From the IMG/VR virus record IMGVR_UViG_3300035698_012408: DNA of 64,000 nt. One strand, given 5' to 3'. A program made the position numbers and the translations under genes. Each line of letters starts with the position of its first letter. Position 1 is the stretch's first letter. This stretch comes from a virus. The notes below the pieces were generated by a model, which saw only the letters and a list, made by a program, of their open reading frames with translations, made no database searches and was not told where the DNA came from. This document shows, piece by piece, positions 26,301 to 35,870 of this stretch.

Positions 26301-27604
26301 GTCACTGCAAACCGTCGATCAAGCCCAAGCTGGTCAGCCAACGGGGCAGCCTGCGACATCAAGGCCATCATGCCCTGCATGCCGACACCGGTTTGCTTCG
26401 CCAGGACGTGCGTCTTCCGTACCATGTCTTCCATCGCTGCCGGACTCATCGTAGCGAGCCCACCCTGCGTCAGCATGTCCAGGCCGTTAATGATTTCCCG
26501 CATCGGGGCGTTAGGGTTACCCATGTCCCCGAAAATATCCCGCATCGCCTTGACTGCCCCTGACAGGTTCTTCAGCTTATCACCAATACGTTGTGCATCA
26601 GCTGCCCGAATGATCTCGCTACCGCCGGGCATGCCTTCCAGATCCTCCGTGGAGGTTATAGCTTCATCGGCGCCGTTGACGCCTCGCTTCAGTTGCGAGA
26701 ACGTGGTACGCACATCATTCCTCGCTGCCTCCATCTCTGATTCAGATGGCCGTTTACCGTCACCAGCAAGCGCTCGGATACCCGGGCGTTGTCTCGCCAG
26801 TCGGTTGATCATCCGCTCCGACATCTGATCCGGTAATTCTTGCAGGCGCTCCTGTATGGACAGCATCCCGGCGGGTCGTCCAAGCAACCCACGAGATTGC
26901 ATCTCGTTCGCGAAAATACCGGCTTGGCCAGCTGTCATCCCACGCATCTTCTGCACGTCCGCATCCTCGCCGTAGAGCTCGTCAAACAGCTCTGTAGTCA
27001 CGCGGCCGGCTGATGCCCCGGAATACCCGACGCGTCCGGTGATCGGGTCGATTCTCGTGCGTAATGCTTGATGCAGTTGTTGTGCCATGACCGTGGCAGA
27101 GCCGCGAGAGCCGTGCATGCGGTCAATCAGGTCGGGTCCCGCTATCTGTGCAATCAACGGAGTGTATTGATTGATACCCTCCGCGATTCTAAAATTGCGT
27201 GCTCTCGATCGATCAGACAATGGTTTCCCTGTCATCATCTGCTGCATGCCGCCCAGCATGTTCTCAATAGACTCGATGTCTTGATTACCACCTATTGCCA
27301 TAGCCTGCTGGCTATCCATGTAGTATTTATTGGCCTCCATTTGATCATAGAAATTTTGTTCCGGGAAGAACTGCGCAGGCATTTTTCCCGGACCCATGAG
27401 TTGCTGTGCAATCATTGGCATCGCCATCTGCATCATGGCACCGGTACCGCCAGACATGCCAGCATTAAAGTTGAACGGCCCAGTGTATCGTGGCCCCAGC
27501 CATCCGCCGTGCATCGGGTTACGCCCAGCTGTCATCTGCGCAACTTGGTATTGCTGCGGGGCAGCGTATCCGCCTTGCATTCCGGGCCAACTCGTAATAA
27601 CCAT
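23396..27604 (-). CDS. Tape measure protein candidate (1402 aa)
   Basis: Very long, with helix-prone Ala/Gln/Arg/Asp-rich composition. Lies between the tube module and the baseplate hub. The N-terminus is Met/Gly/Pro/Gln-rich (GMQGGYAAPQQYQ...GAMMQMAMPMIAQQLMGPGKMP). Confidence 0.6.
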   Translation of the reverse strand: MVITSWPGMQGGYAAPQQYQVAQMTAGRNPMHGGWLGPRYTGPFNFNAGMSGGTGAMMQMAMPMIAQQLMGPGKMPAQFFPEQNFYDQMEANKYYMDSQQAMAIGGNQDIESIENMLGGMQQMMTGKPLSDRSRARNFRIAEGINQYTPLIAQIAGPDLIDRMHGSRGSATVMAQQLHQALRTRIDPITGRVGYSGASAGRVTTELFDELYGEDADVQKMRGMTAGQAGIFANEMQSRGLLGRPAGMLSIQERLQELPDQMSERMINRLARQRPGIRALAGDGKRPSESEMEAARNDVRTTFSQLKRGVNGADEAITSTEDLEGMPGGSEIIRAADAQRIGDKLKNLSGAVKAMRDIFGDMGNPNAPMREIINGLDMLTQGGLATMSPAAMEDMVRKTHVLAKQTGVGMQGMMALMSQAAPLADQLGLDRRFAVTATQHAVGFGAAVADTRGLDIPAWGALTQEQLTMADQQLTMHANASPATNNLSALMRMRDAGMFTARKDSELDMLMQAVERKDTSYTFTDAQGETQTRNVAINRNRLQGLLANVGVTRTDSMSILMDRYGNQEFSDQYGTGQIMRELQGTEMGRQLFAPALGNRFGSRLMESGVDDMLQAGGVVTDTASFRKMMLEVGQGVSDDVRNLTPEEAREAGTRRDALGASFRARLRESIKKRMPGASDAEIDKMTDETVDQMGGEDQLSTVGESIYATVDAIARENPLTKSFVGYVDSHSPEAFEQRRRRDRQADATTMMQSAFSSLGTAGPIQRISDAIQQAGPDTTAAEIMQKALGGVDLAAIAAADPQGAAAEVLGLIEKSRNLDPNDPEQFKQLQQASRGLKALTEGGIFATQELARMEASREEITAAEATDVQKQEAMQKVNDQRTRDRRIQDAGLTNLDTQIAELEGNVTTQATAADPVDRNAAKLAGRSRLRAVLARTGEIDLGGGRFLTATGIQTRDADGRVTSSEGLQSEAVQREAAVALRQYHDQQRAEFMQGAGDLDPAEALKLAEEQGLMLGDSAYGTPEYKEKLKKAEAGETFGTYLRDELGVMVGAKVSDDDIAAIGDAGTNLTKLVDEGGDAADINKATDRYVGGASAQSMALLDDTVRMEQLGRGGLELVQTTLDDARELQGLAAAESKRLGAPVSVADILAGAKGVDAKVTEQARDAKQQLDSNWKEIQTKTSTGRVHKAGSDEEMTDLEREALVDRQKFVRRSGDTDVLAADVADRLIGLGDDAQQDRMGGAGNRAEIVKALTAGGRTRMEIVDRAIRGRAGIEELAVAKGLFGEDVTDASRLTDAQRQQAAEKLRNANLTEDEQGDLARMQRDAAVLDGVGLQGRGADAITDTIIRQLRDMPGMVDTPEGGEEKKMTVTLKGGHLTVHDDDTMSLTAVGEGVMNMVNNAIGLG

Positions 27605-27605
27605 A

Positions 27606-28121
27606 CTAAACTCCTTGCGCTTTCGCGGCTTCTTCTTCGCGTAATTCTTTCAGCCTCGCGTCCCTCGCCTCTTGGTGCCGGAGTCGCATCATCTTTCGAT
27701 CGATCTGCTTCTGTCGCTGTGATCGTTTTGGTCCGGTCATTACCTTGTACATCCGATCGATCATCTCTTCGTATCGTGCTTCTCCAGGTTTACCGAAGAC
27801 TTCGTGATGCTGTTCGACCATACGATCAAGGTTTGTCTGACTGCTGCTTTCAGTCATCTTATCCGCTAGCCACGGGTAGGAGAGCTTCAAAAATCGCTGA
27901 AGTGCCTCGTTCGCATTTATCTTTATCTGCTCAAACGACTCCTCTGTCAATCGACTGTGTGATGCCAACGTAATCCAGTGGTTGTGTTGCGTGCGTGTCA
28001 CCTCCCGATTTTGTTCTGCTTCTACTTCGTCCAACACCCATCGCAACTTCTTCCACCACCAAGCATCCCAGGGATCGAATTGTGAGAAATCTATGACTCC
28101 TCGGGTGGCCGCTCTCGTCAT
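27606..28121 (-). CDS. Hypothetical protein (~171 aa), possible tail assembly chaperone by position
   Basis: The track start 28148 is a TTG. ATG 28121 forms an ATGA overlap with the upstream stop. Charged helical composition. Confidence 0.5.
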   Translation of the reverse strand: MTRAATRGVIDFSQFDPWDAWWWKKLRWVLDEVEAEQNREVTRTQHNHWITLASHSRLTEESFEQIKINANEALQRFLKLSYPWLADKMTESSSQTNLDRMVEQHHEVFGKPGEARYEEMIDRMYKVMTGPKRSQRQKQIDRKMMRLRHQEARDARLKELREEEAAKAQGV

Positions 28122-29482
28122 GAGGCGGGCATTTCGATCCCTTTCCAAAAAGACGAATCACTGGTCATGGCCTCCAAGGCCTCAGTGAGTCGCTGGAATT
28201 CCCGATGGTGGTCTCCCACGATACGCCGCATTGGCTCCTGCGGTACCACTTCTTTGTAGAACCATTCACGCATACGCGGTAGCGGTGTGGCGGCGAATTG
28301 CACCCCCGCCGCGAAAGCCGTGTAGGCTTCCGCGTTCTCTTCTGCGTCAGTATCCGCTACAGGTTGCGGAGATGTTGGCGGGTGCTCTTCCGCCCACTTT
28401 TCCAGTGGGGGGATTAACATAAACGTGTTACCGCCTACGTCGATCTGACTCAAGCTAATTACCAGTCGATACTCCAGCAACCAGCCAATGTACTCTCCGT
28501 CGCCGTGGATGCTGCCGTTGCGGACGTCCTGACCGATCTGGAACTGAATAGCCGCTGTCTCTGCGGTGGTCAGGCTCCGAAAATACACCGCGATGTTACC
28601 GCCAAGGAGTTCCACCTTCTTCTGGAACCGCGACACACCCAAGATGCTCGCGATGAACGCTTGCTTATCTGTGTTGGTCGGTTTAAGCGTAAACGGTTGG
28701 TCGAGGGGCCACGCACATCGCGGGCAGGAGTCCAGGTGCGACACCGCGCCGGTCTCCGCCGGAGCTTCAGGCGATGCTGGGGCTTCAGGTGCCGCAGCGG
28801 CCGCTTGCTCCGTTTGAATCTTAGCTTTTTCCATCTTCTCGGCAAGCGAGTTCGCCCTTCCAATATTCCCGCCGAACTCCTTCCCTTCTGGGACCACCGC
28901 ACCCGCTGGCGGTGCCGCGGCTGCCACTGCTGCCCGATCGTCAATGACTTCGGACTGTGGGCCTGCCCCAGCTCGGCGAGCCATCGCAGCTTCACTCTCA
29001 AGCAGCTGCTTTCGCGTTTCATCCCGCACCGGGCCTTGCACGCTGGCGGGTATCCGTGATTCAACCTCCGCCTCCTGCTGCGTCCGCTGGGCAGCTGCCG
29101 CTACTTCTTGCTTGTGCTCCGCCAAGTAGGCCCTGAGTTCGTCCTGCTTCTCCTGCGGCAGCTCACCAATGTTTGCAAATTGAGCTTTCGGCGGTTTCCA
29201 GTCGGCTGCCAGTTCGCTATCTTCGAGCTTGGCGTCGCTACGCTCCGTGGTTATCTCGCGTTGAAGCTCTTGAATACGCAGACCGAGATCTCCAGGGATT
29301 GGGTCGCCGGGTTGCCACCCGACTTTTCCCAATTGCTCCCGCGTGTAAGCACTCACGACCACTACGCCAGTACGCATCGGCAGCCGGCCCTCTCCGGGAA
29401 GTTGGTCCTGTGGCAGTTGTCCAAGCCCGGGTGGGGGTGTCGGAACTGATTGTGGCTTCAAACTTCCGTCGTCACTGCTCAT
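28118..29482 (-). CDS. Hypothetical protein (454 aa)
   Basis: ATG at 29482 with AAGGAG 6 nt upstream. Ala/Glu/Gln-rich central region and a CPRC motif. Confidence 0.65.
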   Translation of the reverse strand: MSSDDGSLKPQSVPTPPPGLGQLPQDQLPGEGRLPMRTGVVVVSAYTREQLGKVGWQPGDPIPGDLGLRIQELQREITTERSDAKLEDSELAADWKPPKAQFANIGELPQEKQDELRAYLAEHKQEVAAAAQRTQQEAEVESRIPASVQGPVRDETRKQLLESEAAMARRAGAGPQSEVIDDRAAVAAAAPPAGAVVPEGKEFGGNIGRANSLAEKMEKAKIQTEQAAAAAPEAPASPEAPAETGAVSHLDSCPRCAWPLDQPFTLKPTNTDKQAFIASILGVSRFQKKVELLGGNIAVYFRSLTTAETAAIQFQIGQDVRNGSIHGDGEYIGWLLEYRLVISLSQIDVGGNTFMLIPPLEKWAEEHPPTSPQPVADTDAEENAEAYTAFAAGVQFAATPLPRMREWFYKEVVPQEPMRRIVGDHHREFQRLTEALEAMTSDSSFWKGIEMPAS

Positions 29483-29492
29483 CTCTGTCTCC

Positions 29493-32222
29493 TTACCTGA
29501 TTACGAGATACTTGTTAAGTGGCACAGCTGTCTGCGCGCCGAACTTCGGATCGGCATATCGATCAGCCAACTCTGGCTGGTTGCCTCTGGACTTCGCACG
29601 CCCCTGTTGTACGTCGAACATCGTCAAAGGCTGCTGGTGCAACCGGTCACCCGTGAAGTTCTCCTTGCCTGGATACGGGTACGTGTCGTCGCCCTGGCAT
29701 TTGACAGGCCGCTCTCGCCACGTCTGCGTTGCTGTCTTCGCGATACGCCCCATCTGCTGCCACCGGTCTTCGTAAATCTTGAAGTCCTCGGTGCGGTAGT
29801 CTACGAGCGTCCGCAAACTGAATTCTGCTTTCTCTATTGTATCATCATTGCCGGGCCGCTGCTCCGCGTAGAAGAGCGGATCGAGCACGTCGGTCCAATA
29901 CTCCGTACCGGCCTCTGGCAATGTTTGTTCTGCAACTTCTTGGCACTGGGCCACTGCCTCGTAAACATCGGACAGTCCCGGATCGGTCAGCGGCAACACG
30001 AACATCGTCGTCTTCGCCCGCTCTGTGAAAATGTGACCCTTAGCCACGAGAATATTGCCCTTCATGATCACGTCCTTCGCCAAGATCATGTGGCCGTCGA
30101 TGCAGGCGTTCGAGCATAGCACCGTGTTGCTTTTGCTCAGCATCGACGTCTTCTCCACTTCGCCCTCTTCCCCAGACATGAAGTGGAAGAACGCTGAACT
30201 CTTGATAAAGTTCATCTGATTACGCTGTTGTGTGATAATATCACGTTCTCCCTTCGCGGAGTCGAGCATTATCACACCACGCTTCACATTACCACCGCCG
30301 GTACGCATGTAGATATTCATGCCCCAGTTGACGATCTCGGAGTCAGGTGCTCGTAGCATAACGCCAGAGCTCACCACAAGCTGACCGCACTCATCGAACT
30401 CGTAAACCGCCCCCTTGGCCCGCGACTCGATCAAGACACCGCCGACCCCACCGTTGCCGGCCAGCACTTGCAGGTTACCCTCGGCCTTCAGTCGGCCGTC
30501 ATGCTGGGTGGCTGTGATGTCCCAAGAGTTCTTCGCGCGGGCACAGAAGTCGTAACCGGCCCACACGTTCACGTTGCGACCACTCTTCAGCCATGTGTCG
30601 CCAGGGCTACTCAGGATAGCGTGGCCACCGGCCAACCGTAGCTCTTCACCCAGGCCGCCATAAAGCAGTACGCCGCCGTCATCTAGCAGTTCGAGGCCGC
30701 AGGACACGGTGTAGAAGTCTTGATCGCCGTAGCGGTGGTCGATATTGATCGTCTTCTTGAATTGATCCGGTGTGATATACATGGACCCAGCCAGCTCGGA
30801 GAACGACGGCGACTCCTCACTCTTGCCGTCCGCCCAGTCTGCCTCAGCCTCCTGCCATACCTTATAATCCTTGTCATGGTAGAAAAACGGGTGCAAACCG
30901 GCATAGTTGAAGAAATACGCGTGCATATCAAGAATTCCCATTGCACGATTGAACTGGGAATTACCGTTCGTTTCGATGTCGCCGGTGATTTTATGCTCCG
31001 GCCCAGCACCCTGCTTGGAGCTGGCCATGTAGTTCGTCTCGGTATCGCCCGTTTTTGGCTGCTCAGGCCGTCGTAGCCGCGTCGGGGCGATGATTACGCA
31101 TCTTTTGACGATGGAGATGCCCTTGGCCGAGGCGATGCACCTACGGCCGTCCTGCGTGGTGAAGTCGTCCGACAATCCTGGATGCTTTGCCCCAGCGATG
31201 CCATCACCGCCCTTGTAGCAGACATGGTCGCCCGAGTCTGTCGGCGGAGCCTGAGTGAGTCGCTTGCCGCCCTGGCCGAAATACCCGTGGAACTCCCGTT
31301 CCCGGTGCCAAGGCATGGTCCAGTCATCTTCCGGCTCGATCTTCCCGTACCACGGCTCCTGCACCTGCCACTCTTCCGGTGTCTTGATAACCGCCGGGTT
31401 GGTTCGATCCAGGCGGCCCATCTGCTCCCACGGGTATCCCGCGTAGCCGGTCCAGTCCTGGCACTCGTCTTGATCGTTGTAGGACTCGCACTCGCGAACG
31501 GCCGTCCACATTTGCATGTTGTAGGCAGCGATCCTCGCCAGCGAATCGTGGTAGAAGAATGAGATCCCGCACGACTCATCTACGCCCAGCAGTGTCATCC
31601 ACTGGTCCTGGAAGAACTTCATACCGAGTTCGGAGATCCACCCCACCTCGCCACCGCACAACGCGTCGTACGGCCGTCCTGACAACAGGTCAGGAATACC
31701 GCCATTGACGTTGTTCGTGGTGGGCATCGAGAACGGTCGCTTGTGTGCGTCGTCCACGCGTGCCCGGGTAGATCCGGCAATGATACCCTGGACAGACTTC
31801 CGGGCGTCCGTGCCGGGCAGCGGGAGAGCGTTGAGAATAGCGGCCCACGGAAGCTGGTCATGCACCACGCAGACAACCGGCGTACCGACTTGCAACGTGG
31901 TCAACTCTTTGGGGCCCGTGCTGGCACAGCAAGATCGAGGAAGGAACGTGGCAACCATCGGCTGCACAGTCTTCTCGAACTGTACCCTGTAGACATGCGC
32001 CAGCGACGTGCAATCGGTGATTTGTCCGATGAGCACGCGGGCGGTTGAATTGAAACTAAGCAGCGACGCGGCAGTCTGGTTTTGCGGGTCCTGATTCGGT
32101 CGCGATTGGTTGATAGGACCTGGAGCCCCGTACTGGGCCTCCATCATCTTATTACCTTGCCGCCTGCCGACAGCACCCATATCCTGCTGAGCTACCGTGC
32201 GCTTGCCTGTGAGATTAGGCAT
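29493..32222 (-). CDS. Spike-like protein (909 aa): OB-fold-like N-terminal region plus a C-terminal region of beta-helix character
   Basis: ATG at 32222 with AGGTGGAG upstream. N-terminal VYRVQFEKTVQPMVATFLP...LQVGTPVVCVVHDQLPWAAILNALP resembles gp5/gpV OB domains. The C-terminal half has short Gly/Asn-rich strand repeats (LLYGGLGEELRLAGGHAIL..., LQVLAGNGGVGGVLIES...). Confidence 0.4.
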   Translation of the reverse strand: MPNLTGKRTVAQQDMGAVGRRQGNKMMEAQYGAPGPINQSRPNQDPQNQTAASLLSFNSTARVLIGQITDCTSLAHVYRVQFEKTVQPMVATFLPRSCCASTGPKELTTLQVGTPVVCVVHDQLPWAAILNALPLPGTDARKSVQGIIAGSTRARVDDAHKRPFSMPTTNNVNGGIPDLLSGRPYDALCGGEVGWISELGMKFFQDQWMTLLGVDESCGISFFYHDSLARIAAYNMQMWTAVRECESYNDQDECQDWTGYAGYPWEQMGRLDRTNPAVIKTPEEWQVQEPWYGKIEPEDDWTMPWHREREFHGYFGQGGKRLTQAPPTDSGDHVCYKGGDGIAGAKHPGLSDDFTTQDGRRCIASAKGISIVKRCVIIAPTRLRRPEQPKTGDTETNYMASSKQGAGPEHKITGDIETNGNSQFNRAMGILDMHAYFFNYAGLHPFFYHDKDYKVWQEAEADWADGKSEESPSFSELAGSMYITPDQFKKTINIDHRYGDQDFYTVSCGLELLDDGGVLLYGGLGEELRLAGGHAILSSPGDTWLKSGRNVNVWAGYDFCARAKNSWDITATQHDGRLKAEGNLQVLAGNGGVGGVLIESRAKGAVYEFDECGQLVVSSGVMLRAPDSEIVNWGMNIYMRTGGGNVKRGVIMLDSAKGERDIITQQRNQMNFIKSSAFFHFMSGEEGEVEKTSMLSKSNTVLCSNACIDGHMILAKDVIMKGNILVAKGHIFTERAKTTMFVLPLTDPGLSDVYEAVAQCQEVAEQTLPEAGTEYWTDVLDPLFYAEQRPGNDDTIEKAEFSLRTLVDYRTEDFKIYEDRWQQMGRIAKTATQTWRERPVKCQGDDTYPYPGKENFTGDRLHQQPLTMFDVQQGRAKSRGNQPELADRYADPKFGAQTAVPLNKYLVIR

Positions 32223-32265
32223 CGCTCCACCTTTCTAAGGTGCAAATGGGTCGCATAACGGCCCC

Positions 32266-32293
32266 GGGCGGCCCAGATTGCTCCGAGCCGCCC
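32266..32293 (-). terminator. Weak GC hairpin downstream of the tube gene
   Basis: gggcggc (32266-32272) pairs with gccgccc (32287-32293), with a 14-nt loop. There is no U-tract. Confidence 0.2.
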
Positions 32294-32346
32294 CATACCG
32301 ACTCCGCCAAACGGAATCTCAAATAAACCGTATCACCGAACTGGAG

Positions 32347-32784
32347 TTAATTGGTTTCCAGATCGATGAAGATGAACTGCATTTGCTCGTTGATGACCAC
32401 CTCCTGGGCGGTCACAGACACGGAGATGGTAGTCAGCACCGCATCTTCGAGCAAGTAGAACATCGTTGTCGCCGCGCACCCGGTGGTGGCGTTGAACTTG
32501 ATGTCTTGCGGGGAGCAGATGTCATTAAACGTCTTGAGAAATGCTCCGGCAAGTGGGGAGGGTCCGACGACGCGAGACAGCGTAGCCGTACCTTGGGTAC
32601 GTCCGCCTACATAGTAGACGTATTCAGAACCAATTTCATAGAGCAGCGTAACTTGCTGCGTGTACGAGAACTGAATATTTTGTACCAGGAATCCTGAGAT
32701 GTCCTGGTCGGCGATCGAGATCGTCAACTGATCAGCGCGGAACCCGCCGTTGAGGGTTTGCCCGCCGGCAAATACAGATGCCAT
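32347..32784 (-). CDS. Tail tube protein candidate (145 aa)
   Basis: Its size and its position directly downstream of the sheath candidate support the call. ATG at 32784 with GAGGTGA upstream. Confidence 0.55.
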   Translation of the reverse strand: MASVFAGGQTLNGGFRADQLTISIADQDISGFLVQNIQFSYTQQVTLLYEIGSEYVYYVGGRTQGTATLSRVVGPSPLAGAFLKTFNDICSPQDIKFNATTGCAATTMFYLLEDAVLTTISVSVTAQEVVINEQMQFIFIDLETN

Positions 32785-32866
32785 AATTTCACCTCTTGTG
32801 ATTATACGGGGCCAAGGTCATTTGACCCCGTTGTGCTAATGACTAAACGCTACAAACCGAGCCGTC
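32785..32866 (-). promoter_or_regulatory. Sheath-tube spacer with a perfect TATAAT (plus-strand attata, 32801-32806) and an adjacent hairpin (32806-32831)
   Basis: Read directly. The minus-strand sense is ACGGGGTCAAATGACCTTGGCCCCG-TATAAT-cacaagaggtgaaattATG. I found no convincing -35. Confidence 0.25.
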
Positions 32867-35812
32867 CTATACGACCAAGTGCAGCTCGATGTTGTTCAAC
32901 GGGTACGGGACAACGAGATCCACGATGATCACAACGCGATCCGCAGCAAGCGGATGGATGTAGATCATCGGTGCTTCCGTCTCCGGGTCCAAACGAATCG
33001 ACCCGCTGACCAGCTGCGCACCAAGTTCGGTCGTCACACCGTTGCTCTTGAGGAACTTGATCGTCTGGTTGACATGATACTCCAACGCGCGGAGCATCGT
33101 CGGCGTTGCATTGCTGCGACCGATGTACGGGCGGAGACGTCGCAGGAACAGGTAGGACATCGAGTCCACGTTCCGGCGAACCATCTCTTCCTTTCGATTC
33201 AGGTCGAGCATGTTGGTGGTCAACGCGTGTCGCGTATGCGGCGTGCCGTCACGGTCTTCCGTGCCGATCCACACACCACCCGCAGCGAGTTCGTCCAGCT
33301 GGCTGTCGCTGAAGTAATCACGGGTGCGAGACGACAGATCATCGAAACCAGCGATTTCGACGTTCGTCAGGCCCTGCTGCGGTACGACACCGGACGCGAG
33401 TCCAGCGAGAGCACAGCACAGGAAATAGCCATCTTGCGCGTTACCACCGGTACCGACAATGTCCGGCCACACCACACAGACGCGGCGATCCGCGAAGCTC
33501 TGGGCGATGTCGACGATCGCTTCGACGAGTTCTCCCTTTTCCTGGGTATGCCAGATTTCGATCTTCTGGGCAACCGAGATCGGGCTGCTGTGGCCGCTGA
33601 GCAGCAACAGCGAACTCTGGGAAAGCACGGTGTCCACGATAAACTCGCTGTACGACTGATTGCCGAACGCGTCAATCGTGTAGAGGAATCGCACAACATC
33701 ACCAGCTTCCACACCGTAGGTGATGAAACCAGCGTTGCTGTCCGGGACACTCAGCAGCGTGTACTGAATGGCCGTGGCATCCGGGTTGTCTTCCAACGTA
33801 GCCAGCACGACTTCGCCGTCGATGGACGTCGGAGTGAGAGCTTGCGTATCCGCATCGCTCTTTCCAACAACCATCTTCGTAGCAGGCGTCTTGGCGTTGA
33901 CGAACATCGCCTTCCAGTTGCCCGACTCCGCCGAGCTCTCGCTCGTGACGTGGGCCTGGAAGAGATTGTGAACCTCACGGGTATACGTGAGAGGCACGAA
34001 GTTGTAAAGGTCATCACGACCATCAACCCGTTCGAGCACGTCTTGCCAGCTGTCCAGATCGTCCGGGTCGGCGACGGCCGTGTAGGCCACCTTCGTACCG
34101 TTCGAGTTCTGGAGAGCACGGTAGACGCCCCACTTGAGCAGATTGAGCTCATCGAGCTGTCCGGGTATCTCGTCGATGTCGGCCACGTCGTCAATGAAAT
34201 TGACTTCGTCAGCCAGATCCGACAGCCATTCCCGATACTCGATGTACTGGATGCCCCACGAGTTCGGATCGGTGGTGCTGGCCAGTCGGCCATCCCACAC
34301 GGTCATCGGCTGTTCCACGCCGCTGTCCGTCCAATCGGCGTCGTAAGCCGTGATACCGGCCTTGACCGCCAACTGCGTCGATTCGATTTCGTAGTTGACC
34401 AGCGGGGGACTGCTGAGACGTGCTTCCGTGACTTCGATGGTCTTCGGAATGAAGAGTCGAAGATCCAGATCAGTTGCGCTCTGGATGGCGATCGGAAGAT
34501 CGTCTTGCAGGGTCAGCGTGCGGATCGGCCCGTTGGCTCCGCTAACGACCGAGACATAGAACTTATCGCCGGTCCGTAGACCTGCGAGGGAGCCGTCGCC
34601 GAGCGACACGCTGCTGGCACTGTCGATCGATTGCACACTGGAACCCTGGCAATCAACGAACTGAGCCGTGAGACCCCACGCACCGACGGGGAAGGCCACA
34701 CTGTCACTGGTGACCGTCGTCGGACCAGAGCTGTCCAATCCCTTGACCGTCGTGACGGTAACTTCGGGAAGGTCAGCCCACAAGCCACCCTTGGTGACTT
34801 CGACGACGTAAGTGTCAATGTCGGGACCTGCATAGCTGTCGTCGACAACTTCGAGACAGCCACGCTCGAACGCCTGGGTGGCGTCGATTTCCCACTTTTG
34901 ACCGACCACGAATTGGTCGCTCTCAACCGACTCCGAAGAAGCCGATAGCGAACAATCACCAGTCGTGGTGTTGAACTGCACTTCCAGCCCGCGGGTACCG
35001 ATCTCAACCCAGTCACCGAAGTCACCAGGATCAACCTCATCCACGTTGTCCGTGCCCGAGTCACTGACGATTCGCAGTCGCGCGGCTTGACAACCCGCGA
35101 TGGACGAACGAATGACTTCGACCTCGTACCGTTCGTTGACGTACCCGTCTTCCAGGCCGTCATAGTCGGCATTCGAGTTGGTGAGACCAACGCAGTTGAC
35201 GACACCATCGATTTGATCCGACGTAACAACCGCGGCGGTAGAGAGTTGGTTGTTGTCATCAACCGTGGCCGGGAACACGGTGGCAGCAACGGTATCGGCG
35301 GCAAAGCCGGTAACGGTGGTCCACAGGTCGTGCTCGTCACAGGCGCTGCCGACACCGGTCACGCCACGCACGTAGGCGACATCACCCACTTGCACGTCGC
35401 GGTCGAGGAACAGCCCGGAACGGGGCCATTGCGTGCCGTTAGCTTTGTAGCTGAGGGCCGAGGATCGAATCCAATTCTTCCGAGTGGAGACAGGCTGCAC
35501 AAGCCCGCGACCTTCAGAAGCATCGCCGATCAGGTCCTCATGGTACAGGAGCAGGGCGTCCTCGATCATGAGACGCACACTGGCCTCATCAACGAGTGAG
35601 CCAGCTTGACGTTCGGGCCACGGATAGACCGCGTCGTCATCTTTATCATACGGTCCGACGTTGATCAGGATCTTCTCGTCGTCCTCGTCGTAACGATGGA
35701 GCAACGCGTTCGGTCCCGAGATATGTGCTCGGAGCGGATCGGTCACCTCGTTGGGGACGATGCTAAATTCCTGAAAAACGAGAACCTGCGGTTTCACATA
35801 AGTGACAGACAT
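32867..35812 (-). CDS. Contractile tail sheath protein candidate (981 aa)
   Basis: Lies immediately upstream of the tube-sized gene. The C-terminal region LDLNRKEEMVRRNVDSMSYLFLRRLRPYIGRSNATPTMLRALEYHVNQTIKFL resembles the conserved sheath C-terminal domain. Confidence 0.55.
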   Translation of the reverse strand: MSVTYVKPQVLVFQEFSIVPNEVTDPLRAHISGPNALLHRYDEDDEKILINVGPYDKDDDAVYPWPERQAGSLVDEASVRLMIEDALLLYHEDLIGDASEGRGLVQPVSTRKNWIRSSALSYKANGTQWPRSGLFLDRDVQVGDVAYVRGVTGVGSACDEHDLWTTVTGFAADTVAATVFPATVDDNNQLSTAAVVTSDQIDGVVNCVGLTNSNADYDGLEDGYVNERYEVEVIRSSIAGCQAARLRIVSDSGTDNVDEVDPGDFGDWVEIGTRGLEVQFNTTTGDCSLSASSESVESDQFVVGQKWEIDATQAFERGCLEVVDDSYAGPDIDTYVVEVTKGGLWADLPEVTVTTVKGLDSSGPTTVTSDSVAFPVGAWGLTAQFVDCQGSSVQSIDSASSVSLGDGSLAGLRTGDKFYVSVVSGANGPIRTLTLQDDLPIAIQSATDLDLRLFIPKTIEVTEARLSSPPLVNYEIESTQLAVKAGITAYDADWTDSGVEQPMTVWDGRLASTTDPNSWGIQYIEYREWLSDLADEVNFIDDVADIDEIPGQLDELNLLKWGVYRALQNSNGTKVAYTAVADPDDLDSWQDVLERVDGRDDLYNFVPLTYTREVHNLFQAHVTSESSAESGNWKAMFVNAKTPATKMVVGKSDADTQALTPTSIDGEVVLATLEDNPDATAIQYTLLSVPDSNAGFITYGVEAGDVVRFLYTIDAFGNQSYSEFIVDTVLSQSSLLLLSGHSSPISVAQKIEIWHTQEKGELVEAIVDIAQSFADRRVCVVWPDIVGTGGNAQDGYFLCCALAGLASGVVPQQGLTNVEIAGFDDLSSRTRDYFSDSQLDELAAGGVWIGTEDRDGTPHTRHALTTNMLDLNRKEEMVRRNVDSMSYLFLRRLRPYIGRSNATPTMLRALEYHVNQTIKFLKSNGVTTELGAQLVSGSIRLDPETEAPMIYIHPLAADRVVIIVDLVVPYPLNNIELHLVV

Positions 35813-35870
35813 TGGTTATTCCCTCCTGGAAATGTACTGGTATAGGCGTTTAGTTTAACCTCTGCGCGTG

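Noticed and set aside
32223-32346. tRNA or small RNA in the larger spacers (also 40210-40360, 41797-41892, 43493-43575, 54121-54240)
   Set aside because: I found no cloverleaf-compatible arms or conserved T-loop (GTTCGAATC-like) strings. The spacers are explained by hairpin terminators and leader/SD sequences.
32879-34579. 566-aa plus-strand ORF
   Set aside because: It lies entirely antisense to the sheath candidate. Its product is Arg/His/Val-rich with no recognisable motif. Long antisense ORFs are expected in GC-rich DNA. The minus-strand frame has the SD, coupling and conserved-looking sequence.
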